The notes below the pieces were generated by a model. That model was not told the origin of the DNA and searched no databases. It saw only the letters and a program-made list of their open reading frames with translations. A program made the position numbers and the translations under genes. From the human T2T-CHM13v2.0 reference genome, Homo sapiens, in assembly GCF_009914755.1 (NCBI RefSeq), contig NC_060934.1: DNA of 64,000 nt; one strand, given 5' to 3'. Shown piece after piece: positions 1-14,190 of this stretch. The stretch's first letter is position 1, and the number at the start of each line of letters is the position of its first letter.

Positions 1-116
1 GATTGTCGGTAAAGGATGTTTAATTGGGGGAACTTAAAGACAGAAGCATGGTCTTGGTGTACTGGGCAACTAAGATTGTGGAAGATGTGGCATGAAACTA
101 AGGATTTATATTTTCT

Positions 117-258
117 GGGTCAGGTATGGTGGCTCATGCCTGTAATCTAACACTTTGGGAAGCCAAGTTGGGAGGATCGCTTGAGACTAGGAGTTTGAAA
201 TCAGTCTGGGCAAAATAGTGAGACCTCATCTCTAAAAATAAATAAATAAAATAATAAT
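117..258 (+). mobile_element. Alu monomer (FLAM/AluJ left arm)
   Basis: ggtggctcatgcctgtaatc...ggaggatcgcttgag...gagacctcatctct followed by an A-rich tail. Confidence 0.85.
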
Positions 259-269
259 TAAGAAATAGA

Positions 270-720
270 TGAAGATTGTGTTTGCTAGGAAATAGGGGGC
301 TACTGAAGGATTCCGTGCAGGGTATACTGTTATGTCAAAACAATGTTTTGGAGATCATTGTCTGGTATGCATGAAGGATTGGCCAAGGAAGAGAATTGAA
401 ATGATAGTGCAGAATAATGGCAATTGGATTCCATGGCATTCCCTGAATTATTGCAAAAAAAAAAAAAAACTCTTCTGAGCTGATGTGATTAGGTTTCTGT
501 TCCTTATAATAAGTAAATTACCCTTAAGACAAAGTAGAGTCAAAAAAGCACAGAAATCAGGAAGGCAAGGGTTAAAATAAGAGGGGTAGCCAACAGTGTC
601 AGATGCTTTCAAGGGTCAAAAAGGCCAAGGACTGGAAAAAGCAAGTGTATTTGGCAATTTGGAAGCCACTGATAACCTTCAAGAAAGCTGTTTCCTTAGA
701 GAGGAGAGGAGAGGAGAGCT
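270..720 (-). mobile_element. L2 LINE fragments
   Basis: Degenerate L2-like text (caacagtgtcagatgct..., gtatttggcaatttggaagccactgataaccttcaagaaagc). Confidence 0.5.
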
Positions 721-1055
721 AGACTGAGGAGGGTGCATGGGAGTGGATGGGGCCACAGTGTGGATGGGTCATTTAGGACAAAAAGTGCTCTGAAAGTCCT
801 AAGATATGTGCTGGGGGACACGTGGTTAAGCAAGGGTTTCACCAAGCTTTGGGACTGTGCATGTTTGTGAGCAAGAGGAAAAGACCTTGGAGAGGCAGTG
901 GATGCTGCAGGCATCTAGGCAGGGTGTGCAGTAGGTCAGCAGAACAGAGTGTCATGTACCAGCTGATGGGTTGGGCCTGGAATTAAGAGGAAAGGAAGCC
1001 AGGATGGGCAAGAAGATAGAATGAGGTGGAAGAGAGCAACTAGACAGTAATATCC

Positions 1056-1420
1056 TGTATTAGTTCATTCTCATGCTGCTATAAAGAACTGCCCGAGACT
1101 GGGTAATTTACGAAGGAAAGAGGTTGAATTGACTCACAGTTCCGCATGGCTTGGGAGGCCTCAGGAAACTTACAATTATGGAGGAAGGGGAAGCAAACAC
1201 TTCCTTCTTCACATGGCGTCAGGAGAGATAAGTGCAGAGCAAGGAGTGGGGGAAAGCCCCTTTTAAAACTATCAGATCTCGTGAGAACTCACTCGCTATC
1301 ATAAAGACAGCATGGGGGTAACTACCGCCCCATGATTCAATTCCCTCCCACAGCACATGGAGATTATGGGAACTGCAATTCAAGATAAGATTTGGGTGGG
1401 GACACAGCCAAACCATATCA
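1056..1420 (-). mobile_element. THE1 (C/D-like) MaLR solo LTR
   Basis: Reverse complement begins TGATATGGTTTGGCTGTGTCCCCACCCAAATC and ends TACA; 365 bp; degenerate 5-bp TSD tatcc/caccc. Confidence 0.93.
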
Positions 1421-2054
1421 CACCCAGAAAGCTAGGGTTAGGTTCACAGCTGAGAGGACAGTGTGGAAGTCACAGTGCAGCAGCCTGCTGGATTAGCAAG
1501 AGATGTTGAAGGAGAAGCTAGATTAGCAAGTGAGAGACTTACACATGACCACTTGCCATGGTAAACAGGGCCTGAAGGATCAGCCACCTCAGAGGGGGAT
1601 GTCAGGCCAACTCAAGGAATGTGAGCTGCTGTGAGCAGGTGCTGGGACCCTGGTCCCACAGAGAAGACAGACCCTGCACCAGGAGGGGAGCAATCTGTGC
1701 AGAGAGTCCTGGGCAGGGCCAGGGAGCCAAATTGGACAAAAGGGCACAGGCAGAGGTGGAACAGAGGCAGGGCTGTCTCAGGGAACCAAGCTGGGGTGGA
1801 ACAAGGGAAGGCAGCCATGCAGAATGTGGGGCAGGCATTTAGGGTCTTAAGATCCGGGACAAGGGCTGCCTTCCCCCAACCCTACGGAGTGTCTTGGTAA
1901 AGGTGGCAGAAGCATCTGCTCTCCAGAGTGAGGTGAGTTCTGTGGGGGTAGCACAGAGTGGCGGAGAGAGCCCTGGACTTGAAGTCAGACATAAAGGCTG
2001 AGAGGCAGCATAGCTCCATGCTGAGGCACTCAGCCGGGCAGTCAGACCACCTGA

Positions 2055-2265
2055 GGGCAGATTTCTGCTCTGCAACTCTTCAGCTGTGTGGGTGCTCCTG
2101 GTCAAGCCACCTAACCTGTCCAAGCCTCAGTTCCCTCATGTACAAAGTGAGGATGCTGAGATCAGCTTCCAGGCCATAGGGCTGTGCAGAGGATTAGGAT
2201 AATATCTGTAAAGCAGTGAATACAGGGCTTGGCACAGAGCAAATGCTCAGTAAACACTGGTTAAT
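2055..2265 (+). mobile_element. MIR SINE
   Basis: Core aagccacctaacctgtccaagcctcagttccctcatgtacaaagtgagg and 3' end ggcacagagcaaatgctcagtaaac. Confidence 0.75.
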
Positions 2266-2583
2266 ATGTCTGTCTTTTTCTCCTTATATACTCAGTGTCT
2301 GACACATAATGGGAGCTCAAAAAATATTTTTGAAAGAATGAATTACTGTTATTACCTGTGTAGCCTTGAGTACAGAAGACTGTGAGCTCCATGGAGTTCT
2401 GGTCTATATTTTATTCTTCTAGCCCTTAACACAGTGTTTGATAAAGGAACCTGCATATATTCACTAAGATTCAGTTTCCTCATCTATAAAGTGGGGCTAA
2501 CAATATTTGTCTTACCCCAAGGTCAAACGAGATAATATATGTAAACCATGACACAGCTGTTGGTTTTGCATGTACGTGCACAC

Positions 2584-2587
<4 letters not shown>

Positions 2588-2641
<54 letters not shown>
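2588..2641. repeat. (GA)n microsatellite, about 27 units
   Basis: Perfect AG run. Confidence 0.98.
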
Positions 2642-2644
<3 letters not shown>

Positions 2645-4169
2645 GGCTATTATCTGTAGCAGAGGCAGCTGCCTGGGCCCTGGGGAGCCCTAGGTCTTCC
2701 ACCCAGTTTGACAGGAGCTGAATGATAGGCCCATTGAGCTGCAGAAATGCCCCATTAAAGGAGAAGACAGGAATTTGCTGAGGACCTGGTCAGCTGGCAT
2801 CTGTGTGGTTTTCTCCATCAAGGAGGAAGTCCGGGGCTGGGCACAGGACTAGAGATGTGCAGGAGACTGCTGTAAGCCAGCGTGGTCTGAGGTCTGGGTT
2901 GGACAGGCAAGGAGACACAGGTTACTAGACACAGGTCACGGGCCTTGTTGGGGCAGAGAACAGACAGGACTTGCCTGGTGAAGGGTAGGGCTATCATATA
3001 AAGACAGACCAGGTGAGCTCTTGCTGGTCACTGCTCATGGGGAAATGGATGGGAAAACAGAAAGGCCATTTTCAGATCAGAAAAGGCCTATTCTGCTAGC
3101 CCAGGGCTCTGTCCAACCAGACAGAGGGGTAGGCCTGGAATTAATAGGAAAGGAAGTCAAGATGGACAAGAAGATAGGACAAGGTGGAAGACAGTAACTA
3201 GAGAGTGACACCCAGAGACCTTGGCCTTCTCATAGGTACATAAGTGGTGAGGTTATCAGCTGAGAGGAGGGTGTGAAGTCACGGCTTGAGGAAGGAGAAG
3301 TTGGAGCAGCAACTGAGAAGCTAGCTTGGGGGCCAGCTAATTCTGCCGGGTTGACTGCCCCCTCTTCATGATGGTGAAATTCCCCCACAATGACTATCTG
3401 GAATTTTTAATATAAGTCACTGAGTGCCCTGTATCTGTCAAGACAAATGGGCCACGTGGTGTTGGACCCTTTGCTCACCTGCATTTCCACCTCCTCTGTC
3501 CATACCTTGTGCATGTACTGTTCTGCCTGCTGGATCTACCTCCTACTGTGGATATCCCATCCCAGTGGCAAAATCAAGACAACAAAATCCTTCTAGTTGT
3601 CTCTTTCCTGCTGCAGCTAGTGGGGGTAGGACTGGCTATGTCTTGAGAAATAATGGTTGGAGAAAGCAGCAAAAGCCTTCTAGTTGCTATGGAATGTTAA
3701 CTGATGAGTTAAACTCTTCATTTTGATTTGAAGAAAATAGTTCTAGAAGAGATTCTTGCTTAAAAAATTTATGTATAAAGCTGCCATCTACTAAAAGCGG
3801 TCATTCAGAGGGGTCTTTGTTGCAGGCTGCCTTGAATTTCCTCAGCCAAGCATTGACACTGATCAGAATCTGGATGTTGGAGAGAATGTGCCTTAAAGTT
3901 TAGGGATAGAAAATGTTGTGTGTTAAGTATTAATGAGAAAGTACCAAATTGTACCTAGGCATTTATTTCTTTGAAGTGCTTGCTGTATAAAAATTACCTA
4001 CCTGACTGCCAGTTAAGATAAACAGTTATTTTAATTACAAATGAAAGGTACATGACTATAATCTAAGATATTAGGTAAGCAGACATTTTATGGTTTGAAT
4101 CATTCATCTAGAATAAAGCCCCTGCTAGAGCTGGTACCTCCCACCTGCAGGAAAAGAATAGCAAGTAGA

Positions 4170-5030
<861 letters not shown>

Positions 5031-7017
5031 CATCCCTGGTCCTTCCAATCTCATCAGGATCCATTAAGGACCAGTTGACACATGGTGCTTTGAGTCTAGT
5101 ACAAAAAAGACTTGCACAAATCTTGTCTGTGCCATTTAGGAGTTTATAATATCACTACAGTTGAACATGTAGAGAACAAGCTATGGTGTGAATACCTAGA
5201 AGGACTATATTATTGATTAATTCACAATTCACAATGCATTTGATTCTCCCTTCCACATCTGTGAATATATGTCCTCCCTGAGGATGGAGAATAACCAACA
5301 TGCTGCCTCCATCCTTCCCAGTTCTGGAGCTGAGTAGATTCCCACTCCCAGGAACCATTCATTCTCTTGAGCCTATGCCTCTGCCACTCTAGCATCTTGC
5401 TCAGGGCAGACAGGAAGCCAGCGATTTTATTTCATTAGCTTTTTCCTATAAGCCCTCCCCCTTCCTCCTTGCACCCACCATGCCTTCCAAGGACCAGTTG
5501 GCCCATTCCTCTGCAGCTCTGCCCAAGTTCAGTTCCCAAGACACAGGTCAGAAAGGGGTCAGATCAAGCCTAGGCATCTGCAAGCGCCCAGTCCTTTGGG
5601 ATGGCACTACCTTTCTTCTTTTCCTTTTGATATGTGCATTTGGTTTCTTCAGAAAGAGAGTGACATGCACCATAACACTCTCTTTTAGAGATAAGAGAAA
5701 CCAGCCAGCATCTTTTGAAATTCAATGTACGACAAGCAGAGATGCATCAAGGTGTGATAGCAGCCCAGCCGGAGGTCTCTGTTGATTTGTAGCCTCGATA
5801 AATGGCCAGGAGGCCAGCAGACCCTCAATGGAGGTCCCTTAGAGGAACACTGTCTGTGTTGGTTTAATCCAGCCCTGACCTTGGGACTCAAAACACAGAA
5901 CTAAAGAGGGACAAAGCTTTCCTTCCATTCTCATGGCCTCGTCATCTGCGTCTGTAGTTGCATAGCGCATTGATGGCTTAATCCTCTCAGCAATCCAGTG
6001 GGGTCATTATTTATCTCCCCCACCTTTCAGTGAGAAACTAAAGCCCGAGGTCAGTCATGTGCCCAAGTCACACCACTGGAAAATGTAGGGCTGGACTTTG
6101 AACTTGTTTCCTTATTCCAAATTCTAGTTTCTTTTTACCCAACCATAATGTGTTATTTTCCTCCTATTCATGAGCAAACATATTATTTCAACTAGACCAG
6201 GGATTCCTTTTGGCAAAGCTTGCTCTAAATTATACCAGTGAGTGCAGAACTAGCATGTGATACTCCTCGGCAGGTGTGATGGCCAAAAAGAAGAATTACT
6301 GCTTCTTTACTTTATGGCTCTGGCAAATTCTCGGGAGGTGTAGCTGAAAAATCAATGCCAGGTGGCTGTCGAGACGTCTCTACAGCTGGGCTGCCGTGGC
6401 ATCGCCCTGGGAGAAACATCTTTGCAGCTGAGGAGCGTGGCAAGACCCTGCAGAACCCCAGACCCCACAAGGCTCCTGGTCTCTCTGTGGCAGAACATTC
6501 CTACTAACTTGGCTCAGCTCCACTTTCCTGGAGAAGGCTAATATTGAAGTAAAATGAGGGAAGAGGATATACAGCAAGAACAGCATCTAGGAGGCATGAT
6601 TGCTTATCTTGAGAGGACCCCCCAGGACTGGATGTAGATGGTGATAAAGTGGGATGGTGACAGCACAAATAAGGCTCCTGTCCGCACCATCATTAGACTC
6701 CACAGATAAAGGCAGACCTGTTGTCAGAAATGCCAATCTGAGCATTACAAATCACTGACTCGACGTTGTGATTGCTAGAGCTGGGGTTCAGGAGGAAAGC
6801 GGAAGCCTGAGCAGTGACCCAGATTCTGCCCTTTGAAGGGTCTTGAAATAGCAGAGAGGACTCCTGCCAGATCCTGCTTACCTACATGCAGGAATGAGGA
6901 GGACACCATGAATGCATTCTTCCAAGGACTCTGGCACATGCCCTAGGCCTTCATCTTTGTGTGAAATAATTCCCATATATAGCGCATGAGCTGGGGCCAT
7001 GTCGGGGCAATGACCCC

Positions 7018-7351
7018 GGTATTAGTCTCCTAGGGCTGCCGTAACAAAGTGCTGCAAATTCTGGCTCAACACAGAAACTTATCCTGTCACAGTTCTGGAG
7101 GCTAGAAGTCTGAAATCAAGGTATCAACAAGGTCACACTCCCTTCAGAGGCTCAGAGAGAAGACGTTCCCTGCCTTTTCTACCTTCTGGGGGCTGCAGGC
7201 ATTGCTTGGCTTATGGCTGCATCACTTCAAGATAAACTCTTCTCAAGATCTTGACCTTCATCATGTCTTTTGCCATACAAGGTACTGTTCACAGGTTCCA
7301 AGGACTAGGACATGGACATAGCTCTTTGGGGGACCACCATTCAACCACTAC
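7018..7351 (-). mobile_element. MLT1 (B/C-like) MaLR LTR, internally deleted
   Basis: tattagtctcctagggctgccgtaacaaa...cagttctggaggctagaagtctgaaatcaagg...caccattcaaccactaca. Confidence 0.85.
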
Positions 7352-9006
7352 ATCCCCTCTGAATTGACACTTATTTTCCCATAAAACCTAACAGTTAGGA
7401 TAATAATAATAATAGCAGCTAGGGAGTGTACTAGATGCTTCATTATGCAGCTCACTGAATCTTCCCAACAACTCTGCAAGGACAATGTTTGTATTTTCTT
7501 TCACAAAGAGAACACAAAAGCTCTGAAGTCCACCCTCCTTCAGATTCACCAGAGGTTTTGGGTCTGTGTCCTATGGAGTCCAAGGGTTTCTCAGAGAGTC
7601 CTCAAGAACCCTGAGTAGAAGAGGGGGAGAAAGAGACGGGCTCTGGGCCCCTAAACCCCTTCAGTCAAGTCGTTCCACTTGGATCTGATTTCTATGTTAG
7701 GATACTGCATAAGATTTTCTTTTTGTTTCAAAGGGTTACACTGAGAAAATAAAGTCTTAAAACCACCCCTGTACACTGCACTGCTTAGCAATGCTTGAGC
7801 AGGAGCCCAGGTTAAGAAGCCTTGTCTCTAGAGTCAGACACACCTGGACCCAAACCTCTTCTCTATCCTTTCCTTGTTCTGTGTCCTTGGGCAAGTTTAC
7901 CTAACCTCTCTGAGTATCTCATTCCCATTTTCATTGTCTTGTGCATGCCTCTACTGACCAGTTCCCTTATATTCAATCTGGGATGTCATGAAAATAAAAA
8001 TGTTTATCCAGAACAGGCAGCTCTGGCTGTATTTCTCTCGCTAGACCTTCCAGAGGAGATAGCTGGTAGCCCCAGGATGATGACATGTTCTTCTTGGCTC
8101 ATATAGGAGGACACTGTTATCTACGCTGTGCCCAAGGGGTCCACATCATATGCATGGGTGCACGGTGAGGAATTCAAGGTGCAGTCATTGCCTCAGACAG
8201 GAGTCCCAAAGAGGCCACGATGACTAAACTTGCAAAGGTTGAACACCACAGGGAGCTGTGGGGCTTTCTTGATATCTTTGATAATCACACAGATTTATTT
8301 ATTGACATTTGTGGGCCTCTGAATAACCTTGTAGTAAGCAACTAATGCTTCAGTGGCCAAGCACAACTCACCATAAAGGCCACGTAAGAGGCAAAGGGAA
8401 TCACACCTGCTTCTGTTAAAGGCCTACGATTACAGTTGCTTCCAGATTGGATGAAACATGTGACTTCCAGGAGGCAAGTTGACTGACACCAAGTTCTTCC
8501 ACATATTCCAAAACAGCTGCTTAAAGCACAGGTTCTGATAGAATTTTAGAACGCATCCTAATGTCAGCTTAGCACGTATTGACTGCTTACTGTCTGCCAG
8601 GCACAGGGCTAAGCACTTTATATGCATGTTCTCATGTTCTCCCAAATGAACCTGTTATCCCTTTTTACAGATGAGGCGTAAGAGCTCAAGTGACTTCCCA
8701 AAGGTCACTGAGTTACAAAGTGACAGTGCACGGATCAGACTGGGACTTGCGTGAGCCCCTGGTGGCTGTGCTGTCAATCCGGCACACAATTATACTCTAG
8801 GGTCAGTGTTCCTGAGGAAGAATTTGCACTGCCTGCTGTTGGGCATCTTTATTTTGGAAAGGATCTTATCCTTCTCATTAAAAATAAACAGCATATGCAG
8901 TAACAGTGATGATTAAGCAAAGCAAAACAAAACAGAAAACCTACCACTAGCACCCACAAAATATAAACAAATGAAAAAAAGTATCTTTGGGCTGATCCTC
9001 TTCTAA

Positions 9007-9463
<457 letters not shown>

Positions 9464-9719
9464 AGGGCACTTATGTTAAGAGAAGGGGACCTCTCTTTGG
9501 GGAGGAGTGGGCGATGCTTTAAAAAGACATTGGGACAAGGATGTGTCTGGCATTGGCAGTCTCTCTGGAGAGGGTAATGGTAGACTTCTTAGAATGAAGA
9601 GGGACAGGTAACAGAATTGAGGTGCAGAAGTGGGTGATGGAGAAAGGGAATGAGTGATGATAAAAGCAGTGTGCTTTTATTGTGGTCCAGAGGAGGTGGG
9701 CCGGGGACAGCACCAACAT

Positions 9720-9965
9720 CAGCAACATCAGTGACAGGAGCAGCCCCAGCTGATGTTTATTGAGGGCTTACTATAAGCCATGTGCACTGTAGCTGAATGG
9801 TCTCATTCAATCCTCATGCTCTGTAAGGCAAGACAGGGACCATTATGATCTCCATTTTACTGATGAGAAAACCAAGGCTCAGCAAGGTTAGGGAATTTGC
9901 CTGAGGCTGCACAGCTGGAAAGTAGCAGAGCCCAATTCAAACCCAGGCCCCATGGGATCCTAGAG
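9720..9965 (-). mobile_element. MIR SINE
   Basis: ccattttactgatgagaaaaccaaggctcagcaaggttagggaatttgcc. Confidence 0.75.
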
Positions 9966-10821
9966 CTCACGTTCTTAACACAGTTTTCTTCTTGCCTTTC
10001 AGCTGACTGTTCCCTGCCTTCAGTCTTCTGAAAGTGGATACATTTTTGATGCAGTGGATCAAAAATGCAGGGACTGTCCTCTGGCATTGTCTGTGTATCA
10101 TACTGGAATGCAATGGACCCTCCATCCCCAGGAGGCTAGGAATGAAGTGCATGAAATACAAAAGACACACCGAATGGGGAGTTGGGGGAGGAGATGGTGG
10201 GTGAGGGGCTTGGAAACAGGAAATGGCAGGAACAATCTTTAACACATATCATAACCTATGTGACGTGGCTTTGAATTTGGGGGAGATCCTCCTCCACCCA
10301 ATACCCCCAGGGCTGCACAGGGGAAAGTCTCTTCCTTCTTTCTTTTAAAGCCTCCTCTAGCCTCTGCCAGGGTCTTGTAAGCAGGATACCCCACATCTCG
10401 TTTGCTGGCTCTAGGTTTCTTCTTTGGCCTCTCAAACCTGATGCCTTCTCTACTGAGGTTAATAGGAGTTTGGTACAACATCATTTCCCAACAGAGTCAC
10501 ACAGGGTAAAAGGGTAGTTCCACAGTAACCTCCTGGCTCCCTCAGCCCCAGGGCTCCTTAGGTGAAGGAAGCAGTTTAAAAACAGCACTGGGCATTCTGT
10601 ACATTCTCAGGCTGGGGGAGAGGGTGGGTGCATCACATGCCAATTGGCAAAAGAAAGGGACAATGTCATCTCTCTCAAAGATACCTCAGTGCATTTAATG
10701 GAGAAGCAGTGGGGAATGTTAGAAATTAGTCATCCTTTGAAGAAGTGGCCATCTCTCACTGCCCTGACCCATACCCTAAGCCATACTTGTAGAGCTAGTG
10801 AATCTCCTTGTTTTTTTGTTT

Positions 10822-11005
10822 TTTAACCAACAGACTTTATTTTTTAAGCAGGAAGGACAGAAATTTCCCACATTACCCCCCATCGTTGACATCCCCTACC
10901 AGAGTGGTTAATTTGTTACAGTGATGACCCCACACTGACACATCATTTGAGTCCATAGAGAATATTAGGGTTCACTATTGGTTTTGTACTTTTTAGGGGT
11001 TTTGG
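10822..11005 (-). mobile_element. L1MC 3' end fragment
   Basis: acatcccctaccagagtggttaatttgttacagtgatga...agggttcactattggttttgtac. Confidence 0.65.
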
Positions 11006-11489
11006 AGCACACCCTTTCTTACTTGATAGGAAAAGGAAAGGGTGACTGGCTGGTGGCCAACCAGCAAGGTTATAATGGCCACAGCCAACTTTAGTCCTTA
11101 ACCCCTGATCAGCTCACACACACTTTCTTTGCCAGAAAATACAAGCACCTGCTCTCCCAGGGGCCAGAGAGAATCCACCAGGATGAAACTAATGGGGATA
11201 AATTTCACGGGTCCTAAAAAATAAGGTCCACTCTCTACCCCTTCCCTGCTTCTTTAAAGCCATCTGCTCGGTGGTTTATTCTCATCCCAGAAGACAATGA
11301 GACAGACAAGACATGGGCACTCTGGAAATCTGAGCGCTACCCGTTCAGGTGTCAGGCCTGCAGCAGCAGCGACTGTGAAAGAGCTGCCGGCCATTATGAG
11401 ACTCTGTGGGACAAGCCAGCCTTTGCAGTTAGACCTGGGTTCAAGTAACAGGTCTGTGAGTTACCAGTAATAAGTAAATGGTATGATGA

Positions 11490-12589
11490 GTATCACATAT
11501 TCAGGTGGATCGGGGTCCCCATGACCACCCCTAGACTCAATGATTCATTGGGAGGACACACAAATCTGCATAGAATCATACTCCTGGCCAAGATTATTAA
11601 ATTAAAAAATAGCAAGAAAAATAAGCAAAGGGAAAAGGCATGTGGGGTCACCAGGCACAAGCTTCCAAGAGTCTGCTGCAGGGTAAACACACCTGACAGC
11701 AACAACTTAAGCACAACTTAGAATGACCGTGTGGCACATGCACCTGAATGTGTGTCCTGAGCTAGGGAATCTGGGAGTGCCCAGCTGGAAAATTCATTCC
11801 TTGTCTATAAGGAATATCTGAGCTCCTGGCTCATTCCATGGAACATGGGCTGTACAGGGCCTTGAGGCCCTGAGTTTTGGGTTGGATGAAGGTGGCCAGG
11901 TGGAGGCTGTTAAGGGGAGGGTATTAAGTAAAAATGCTATATAAACTGCATGCTGTTTGCAAGGTGTGTGGTTTTACTGCCTGGCCCCCTGCCACTCGGC
12001 CATGTGGTTATGCTGTCCAACTCACCGCCACTGGGCCATAGGTAAGGCGGATATGTTGTCCAGCCCACTGCCACTGGACTCTCTCCTCTGTATGTAAGCC
12101 CCTAATAAAACCCCATGTCTCATTTGCTGGCTCTAGATCTCTTCTTCAGCTTCTTGAACCAGGTGCCTTCCCTATTGAGGTTAATAGGGGTTTGGCACAA
12201 CATCCTTCCCCAGTAGTCACACAGACAGCATTTAATTCACCCAGCAACGAGTTGTGACAACATGTGTGAAATGTTGTCTACCAGGAAGGCTCATTAGAGA
12301 CTCAGTGCCCAGGGTTTTTACTTGGGGCTGGCCCCATAGGCACACTCTGCCTAGCATGTACTAAAATTACCGTCTCCCAGAAAGAAAACAGGTGTTCAGA
12401 ATGAACCACATTGTATGGATAAACAGTTTAGGTACAGTGAGCCCCTGGCATCAGTTCTGGGGATGGTAGGAATGCTCCCGAAGTTCCCAGACATCAGCCA
12501 AAGGGCAACCTTGCAAGCAGGTCTTTCTGGGGATAGCGGTCTCAGCCCTGGGGACAGCAGTCCCAGCCCCGCTGTAACTTTTCTGTACA
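11490..12589 (-). mobile_element. MER21 LTR, interrupted at 11674-12202 by another LTR
   Basis: ggggtccccatgaccacccc...caggcacaagcttccaagagtc then resumes tccttccccagtagtcacacag...gaaatgttgtctaccagg...cttttctgtaca. Confidence 0.85.
11674..12202 (+). mobile_element. ERVL solo LTR (LTR32/LTR47-like) nested in MER21
   Basis: TG...CA ends, TATA-like gctatataaac (about 11936), AATAAA at 12104-12109. Confidence 0.8.
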
Positions 12590-12879
12590 GCCTCCTTCAT
12601 TGTTTGGCACACAGTATTAATAGATGGTCAATAAATTGTAGCCCCTCTTGTCAGCAGCATCACATATTTGTATCTTTTCTATACAGCAAGGAGAGACCAT
12701 CATATAAACACCAGCCTCCTCCAAGTCAAACTGGAAACCCTCTTGGAAAATGAAGGACACATGCCTCCATACATACATATGCATGTGTGTATATATAGCA
12801 CATGTTTCCATGATGGCCTCTCTGTACACACACGTGTGTATCTATGATAAATTAACTGCTTACATAATAAATCTTTTCC

Positions 12880-13330
12880 TCTCCAAATGTTGAATCATTA
12901 TTCTCCCATCTATGGTCTTGGTTTGCCTTTTACAATTCTGATTAGCATGCCCTCCAAGTCTTTAGCTGAGTGATTAATAAAAACGGGTTCAACAAGGCAG
13001 GACCCTGGACAGAGCCTTTCTTCCAGCTCTAGAATCCACCTTTGGGGCATGATTCTGGCTAAGAGAATGATCATCTGGCTTATGGGTCAACATATTCAAT
13101 GTAAAATGTGTAGAAAGACTGTTAACTGCTTCGCTAAAACAAAAATAAACTATGTCTACAGCATCCTGCCAATCTACCAGCCAAATGCCTCCTTGCAGGG
13201 AAACAAGGGTAGTGTGTACAGATTATTCTTAGGCAGCCAGTGTTAGCTCCTGATCCCCACACTATGTCCTAAAAATGTATAAGCCATTTGTTTGAACTCA
13301 CTGTTCTTTAATTTTCAGATCCACTCTTTT
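12880..13330 (-). mobile_element. L3/CR1 LINE, reverse-transcriptase region fossil
   Basis: Minus strand 13121-13162 translates AVDIVYFCFSEAVN, compare CR1 AVDVVYLDFSKAFD. Confidence 0.75.
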
Positions 13331-14099
13331 TTTCTTCATGTTTGAAATATAATTTTCCTGTTCTCTTCCCTGGCTGCCCCATTTTCCAGGACCATCGTGT
13401 CATTGTGTGCAACTGGTCTTGTAATTTTTTTTTAATTTTATTTTAGCAACACTAGCCTGAGAATGGTCTTGTAATGGCCACGTGTGAGCCTCACCTGCCT
13501 TAGGCTGGAGTTTCCTTAACAGGTTATTGGTTCTACCTGCTTGAAGACCCCACCCCCAACCCTATGGAGAAGATGAAAGTCAACAGAACTTGTAACTTCT
13601 ATCTTCTTTCTCTCTTAACAACATGATATTCTATCCCCAAACAACCTATCCTTTTTCTCATCTTTTGTTACTTCCAAGAAGTATAACAACACTGCACCCC
13701 AGGACATCATTACTTAGGGGGGAAAACGTCATGAAAAACTCACAGAAATTACAGAGGTTTCATTATCCTATTCTGTCTACTTTTGTATATGTTTAAAACT
13801 TTTTAATATAATTTTTTTAAAAAATCAACCAAAATATATGAGCTATATTAGAAAACACAAATTACGAGTCTGGATCTTGGGTCAGAGTGAAAGGAGGGGA
13901 GAGACTCAGCATGTGAACAGGGAGGAGACCGAGCAAGACACAGGATCTTGGAGAAATTAACCTCTATAGGGCCTTATGACCCTAAGCCCCAAGGCTCAAA
14001 TACACTCTTTTCTAGTTCTTTCTCCTCTTAGGTTGGTGATGGCTAAGGAAGAGAATTGTGGACTCAATTTAAACATAGACTTCCAAGGTTCCATTCATT

Positions 14100-14190
14100 G
14101 ACTGGATGCAGTGGCTCATGCCTATAAAGCCCCAGTAGTCTGGGAGGCCACGGTGGGAGGATTGCTTGCAGCTAGGAGTTCAAGACCAAT
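14100..14190 (+). mobile_element. Alu left-arm fragment
   Basis: gcagtggctcatgcctata...ggtgggaggattgcttg...ggagttcaagacca. Confidence 0.8.
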
